Below are positions 57,901-63,900 of a stretch of DNA of 64,000 bases, one piece after another. Under the pieces are notes generated by a model. That model was not told where the DNA came from, did no database searches, and saw only the letters and a program-made list of their open reading frames with translations. The stretch's first letter is position 1, and each line of letters begins with the position of its first letter. Both the position numbers and the translations under genes were made by a program. Source of the stretch: Candidatus Omnitrophota bacterium (lineage in GTDB: Bacteria > Omnitrophota > Gorgyraeia > Zapsychrales > Zapsychraceae); contig JAGOSC010000003.1 of NCBI GenBank assembly GCA_018062515.1, positions 14,495 through 78,494 of the forward strand, read 5' to 3'.

Positions 57901-60900
57901 TGTTATTAAATAAACCTACCTGGGTGGTGTATCCAGTCTTTGGTGATGGATTTTGAGGAATTGTATCGCTGCCGACGAAAAGGCTTAATGATCCAAATAC
58001 AATCGGAAGAAGATAAACAGGTAGAAGAAGTTTTTTCAGAGGCTTTTCAATGGATCTTAGCGCTGTCATGATCTTTTTGAAGCTAAATTTCTCAAAGAAT
58101 TTAATCGCTATTATTACGGCAAAAACAATACTAGCGACCATATATAGAGAAATTACAGCCCACTGTAATGGTCCGATATTATTCGCAGCCGTATCTTGAG
58201 CCATGGCCATTCCTGGTAACATGGTTACGGCGGCCAATACAGCTGCGAATTTCAATGTTTTCTTAAATAATGCGGAGACAGCGTCAGTTGTAGTTATTAC
58301 GATTCCCCAACCGTTGTTAACTTTAGTTTCTAAAGAACGACTGTCGCTGTCTCCGATATTATTAGTTGAGATTTCGGTAGATACTCTTGGTTGAATACTG
58401 AGGAACTTCACCGCTTTCCAAAGCATGCTGGACAAGCCGGCGAACACTTTTTTGACCAACGAGGTCAAGTTCATTCCAAGTGTCGGTAAGGCCATTTTTA
58501 CTGTAGATATGGTCCATTGTGTTGGTAATGAGATATAACCTGATTTTGTTGGTTGTGGTTTCACGGCAGCTGGCAATGAAACATTGACTTTGAGGGATTT
58601 GAACAAAATGCGTAATCTTAATGCTGGGTTTAGTGTTAAGAACGACCATTTCGCACCTCCGGAAATAGTAAAGGCTTGTTTGAAAATACGTACAAAAGTA
58701 CGTAATCCAAACAAGCCTTTATTTTGGTTGATGATCTTAGATTGAGTTTTTACTTGAGATGACGGTCCTCGGATTTGGCCATATTTGACTGACAATAAGG
58801 CTATGAGAACCAAAGATACAGCAATAGCGATAAGCCCGATGATAACTGGGCTTACGGATGTGGTACCGGCAAAAGCAATAATACTACCGGCATAGCGTAG
58901 GTTGGATGATCTACCAATAGACAAAGTCTCAGATTCGCGTACCGTATCAGTTTTATCTTCTACCGGCACACCTGAGGCTTTTCGATTTCTCTTATTAAGT
59001 AGATTTTCTGAGCGCGCAATTCTTGAATCTTGCTCAGTATATAAGCGAACAAAGCTTACATCATTAACGTTCTTTCTGCCTTTGGCGGCGTACTCAGAGC
59101 TAATGACTTTGCTTTGACTTATTTCTTCTTTAATTGTAGATACTGTTTCGTTCACAGTACCAGAACTGAATCCGCTCTTGTCGTTTCGAGCAGGATTTGT
59201 AAAACGAGTATTCTTGATTTGCTCTATAGCCTTAGCTACTCGCACCCCAAGAATTTCACTCTCCCCATTTACATTGCTGTAAGCGGATCGAATGGCTTCA
59301 ACCAATCTTCCGATTAGGTTGATGTTTTTTCCAATAATGTCTGCAGCATCTTTCGATCCTACAGTGTTGCCAGTAACAGCTTTCACTGCTACAAGAACTA
59401 ATCCAAAGCCCAATGCTTCAGATGAAACTACTGTGTAACCTACTTCTTCTTTACTACCATCTTCTCTATTTACATAGAGACGCACTCCAACAACTTTGTC
59501 CTTTCCAACTTCATTACTGAAGAGGGATTGAACTGCTTCTTCAGCCAATCTTCCGATTAAGCTGACAACTACTTCTACAATAATGTCTGTATCGGCTTTC
59601 GCTTCTACAGTGTTTCCAGTAATAGCTTTCACTATTACAAGAACTAATCCGAAGCCCAATGCTCCAGATAAAACTTTTTCGGTCGTTAAACCAGCTTTAG
59701 TTTCTTCAGCTTTATTTCCTACAACTGTGTAACCATTTACTTCTTTATTACCATCTTGTGTAAGACGTACTACAACAACTTTGCTCTCTCTAACTTCATT
59801 ACTGAAGTCGGATTGAACCGCTTCTTCAGCCAATCTTCCGATTAAGCTGATAACTACTTCTACAATAATGTCTGTATTGGCTTTCGCTTCTACAGTCGTG
59901 CTAGCAATAGATTGCTCTATCGCATGAGCTGATCCGGAAACTAATTTTCCAGATAAAGTTTCTTCAGCCTTACGGCTAGCTGTAACTTCATTAGCTTTTC
60001 CGGATTCTTCAACAACCTCATCCGATTCGGTTTTTGCTTCACTTGCTTGTCCGTGCGCTTTCGCACCAGAACCACTACTTCTACTATAATTGGTACCATT
60101 TTCAGCTAAGACTAACTGAACTAGTACTTCATACTGTTCTTGAATCTTTCGAACATTCATCAAGAATTCTTGAACAGGTCCTGCTTTGACTTTTCGAACT
60201 TCTACAACATTTACTACGATTGCTGTATTTTCTTTCTTTTCAGTGTTGCCACTGGTTTTGCCTTCTTTAGTTGTACCTACAGCAGATACGACTTTAGAAC
60301 CTTCGGCTTGTTCATTTACTACTTTGTTACTTGCTTCTTTACTTCTATCTCCTTCACTTACGTGAACAAGATATACTACTTCAACTTCATTCTTTCTGTC
60401 TGCGTTTCCGTAAACGAATCGAACTGCTTCAGCCAATCTTTCGATTAAGCTGATTACTTCTTGTTTTACGTTGTTTCTAACTCGAGCAACTGATAAAACT
60501 GCTGCTAGAACTAATCCGAAACCTAATGTTTCAGATGAAGTTTTTTCAGCCTTGCGGCCAGCTTTAACTTCGTCAGCTTTATTACCTACTTCTTTGTTAC
60601 TTACTTCAACTTCTTCTACAGTATTTAAAACATTTACAACTTTAATAATTACTTCGTTTGTCCGCGCTACTAGCATTTGCACTGCCTGGCCTATTGCGGA
60701 ATAGGCGGCAGCTAAGAATGCTGTCGGGCTAAGGCCAGAAGTAAGGCCCCGGGTCCTTGATTCTATTGATATTGCAACTAACCATGATTTACTTGCTTTT
60801 AATTCTTCTGAAATCTGTGGACCTACCTTAATATAGGCCTTGGATGGTCCAAACTCGTTTTGATATTTGACCATAGCAATCTTGGTCTTATTTCCACCAT

Positions 60901-63900
60901 TCGAACCTGTTCCGCCAGCACCACCTGAAGGCGATGGTTCGGCGGTAGGCAATTCTGCTGGGGTCGAAGGAACAACCGGTAAGACTGCATTTTGTTGTCG
61001 GCCGCGACCAGGTATGGCTGATTGATTTTGATCTGGATAATCGGAGGTATCTGCTTTGGCAAAACTATAGCCCATTTCAAAGAGATAATCTTGGGCGGTT
61101 TCTAAAATCTTAGGAGCCTGGCTTAACAACATACTTGGTATGTTGATAGTTGTCAGCGGAATATTAGGAATGACCGGTGTGGCCGGCATAATAACGTTTG
61201 GAACTGGGCTAGGCGCCACTGGTTGATTTGGAGTAGCTCGATCTAACCCTTCTTGACCATCAATTTCGGCATCTTGGGAATGCAATCTTGCTTTAAATTT
61301 ATTCTTATCTTCTGTAAGTTCATTATTCTCAGATATTTCTGAACCTTCAGGCGGTCCACGATCGGTAAGTTGTTTTGCTTCCTCAGCCGGCGTTAATTGA
61401 TCAGATTCTAACTTGATGTTGCCTTGGAGCTGATCATTCATCAAATTCATAATTCCACTCGGCGGAATATTTCCAGGCTGATACATAGCCGGAATATTGA
61501 GCTTATCTTGAGTTACAGTAGCATCGATGTATTCTTTAGCTGAGGTTTGATTAGCTATAGCGGAGATAGTAATAGCGCCCGCAATAAATAACTTACCGGC
61601 CCAGCTGCGTAATCGGGCAAACTTTGTTTTTTCACTGACTTTTTCTTTATTTACGGTTGAAGTTTTAGGCGTATCAAGCTGCGCTATTTCAAACATTTTA
61701 CTATTAAACTGTTTCATAGCCGCCTTAATCGGTGCTTCGCGCTGATCAGATGAGAGATTTTCAACCATTCCATTGGCTTTTAACTGCATTTCAGAAACAA
61801 TGGCAAAGGCTAACTCAGAGGTTTCAAACCGAATACCCTTGTTTAAATTCTCACTATTAAGATCTTCAGCCAATTTATCCATCAAATTGGATAATAATTT
61901 AAATTTATTTTGATCAATCGATTTTGTCTTATATTTCCCTGCTTCGTCTTTTTCTAGTAGAAATGTGAAAACTGAGAATAGAACTTGGGCTGTTTCCAGG
62001 GAGAATTTATTGCTTTCATCCTCAAATGTACGGGCAAAATAATCTAAGACAAAGTTCATAACATTCTTGTCTTCAAAGACGGATGAATTAATAGTCAGTG
62101 TTTTTCCATCTTCACTCTTCACTGGAAGAAGCGGGCTGTCACGTTCAATGCTGATAGTCTTGAAAGCCGCTAAAGCCTTGGCTAACTTTTCACTATATGT
62201 AACAGCTTGTTGCAATTTAACAACCGTTTTGATCCTTGTTTCCGCATCCGTACTTTCATTTTCCACGACCACCGGCACATTCCCATCCGGCCCTTGATGA
62301 ATGAGGATTTCGGACTTCTGCAATATTTCGTCTTTGTGATCATTCACCACTTTTTCAAATTCTTCTTTACTTAACGCGTGAACAAGTGATTTTAACCACG
62401 TGTTTCCTAACACTTTCCATATCCTGGCCGACTCCATGGTGGCCTGCCGCATATTATTGGCAATAAATTCCTCTGAGCTTTGAGAATCATCCGGTAAAGC
62501 TTTCCAATAGTCGGCTAATACCAACAATTCATCCGCATTATCGATCGCATCCGAAAGGGTCAATTCGATACCTGAATTCTTCCATATCTTCATAATATCC
62601 GTCATTCGAGGTAGCGCTGAACGGACGGTGGCAAGTCTCGTGTTAAATTCTTCCTGCGTAAAATCAATGCGTCCGGAAATTAGCCTTAATGAATCATTTA
62701 AGACTTGATCAACCTTTTGCTGTGAGGCATTGTCTTCAAGTAAAGCCAGAAGATTTTCTTCCTCTTGAGTTCTCTTTTTCTTGTTTTGCAAATCTGTCTT
62801 GACCGGCTCCAGCATTTCAGCTGAACTTATATTAATAAGGGAAGGCAGGTCCTTTTCCAATTGAGGCCGTAAATGAACATCCACAAAATCGGCACCCAAA
62901 CTCTTCTTCAATTCTTGATACTCAAAGTTTTCTTTATCAGAGGCTAAAAGATTATTAATCGTTTTTAACTGTTTCTTATAAAGCGCTTCTTCTTTCTTGA
63001 GTTTTTTCTCTGCTAATTCAGTCAGCTCAAAACCACTGACAAAGGCATGTTTCATTAATTCTGCGGTCAGCGTGAGGGTTAATTTTTCACGGTCTTCCAT
63101 ATCGGCCGACGGATCAGCTGCCAGACGATTTGCCCTTATGATCGGCGATTCAATCATGGCAATAAAAATATTAACCGGCAATTTGGCTAATACCTCAGTG
63201 TTCATATTAGCTTCAATAAATTTATTGATCTTGACCGCCAATTCCATTTGGTTCAAGTCGGCTGATAATTTGAATATTTCCAGCGCTTTAACCATTTCAA
63301 TCGGGGTTAAGCGACTTTCGACTTCATTCTTATTAAGGGTAGTGATCAGCGTTTGAATATCCGCAACCGTCAGTTCTTTGGTTTTCTTTAAGATTTGTTG
63401 AACCAATGAATCCTGTGATTTTTGTAATTTTCTCACAGCTTTATTCAATGATTTTATTGAAGCATCCGTCATGAAACCTAAACGAATGACATCTTTAATC
63501 ATATAACTATATTTTTTCCATTGCGCGGGGATCTTTTTACCATAAGGCATTTTGGCGATGTCTTCATCTTTCAAAGATTCACGCCGTTCATGTTCCAATT
63601 CAAGCGCTAAGAATTTCGTTCTCTTGGCTTCATCCGCCTCAGATAATAGCCGATCTCTGATTCGTAAGATTTCATTTTGCTTTCCTTGTATCGCTTCCGT
63701 AGTATCATTAAGCGTATGAATCAAGGTCACTAATTCCTCAATATTCACATGTCCTTTAAAGGCACCCTCAGCTACATCGCTAACCAAATAATCAAAGAAC
63801 GGCAATATGGTCGGTTGGGATTCAATCTTTTTAACGAGCGTTTTAAGAGATTCTATGTTTTTGTCAAAGCCCAATCCAATTAAGACCCGAATATATCCAA

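Noticed and set aside
27261-58325. Could the recurring GATTCCCCAATCG repeats be a CRISPR array or MITE insertions?
   Set aside because: Spacing is irregular (about 90 nt to more than 14 kb). All copies lie in-frame inside one ORF with conserved flanking TKV codons. There are no cas genes, no terminal inverted repeats and no target-site duplications.
19811-63356. About 60 short + strand ORFs (60-172 aa) from the six-frame track lying inside 18956-64000, e.g. 26649-27077 and 25650-26003
   Set aside because: All are antisense to the 45-kb frame, with low-complexity S/L/F-rich translations and no motifs. They are the expected by-product of an AT-rich coding strand's complement.
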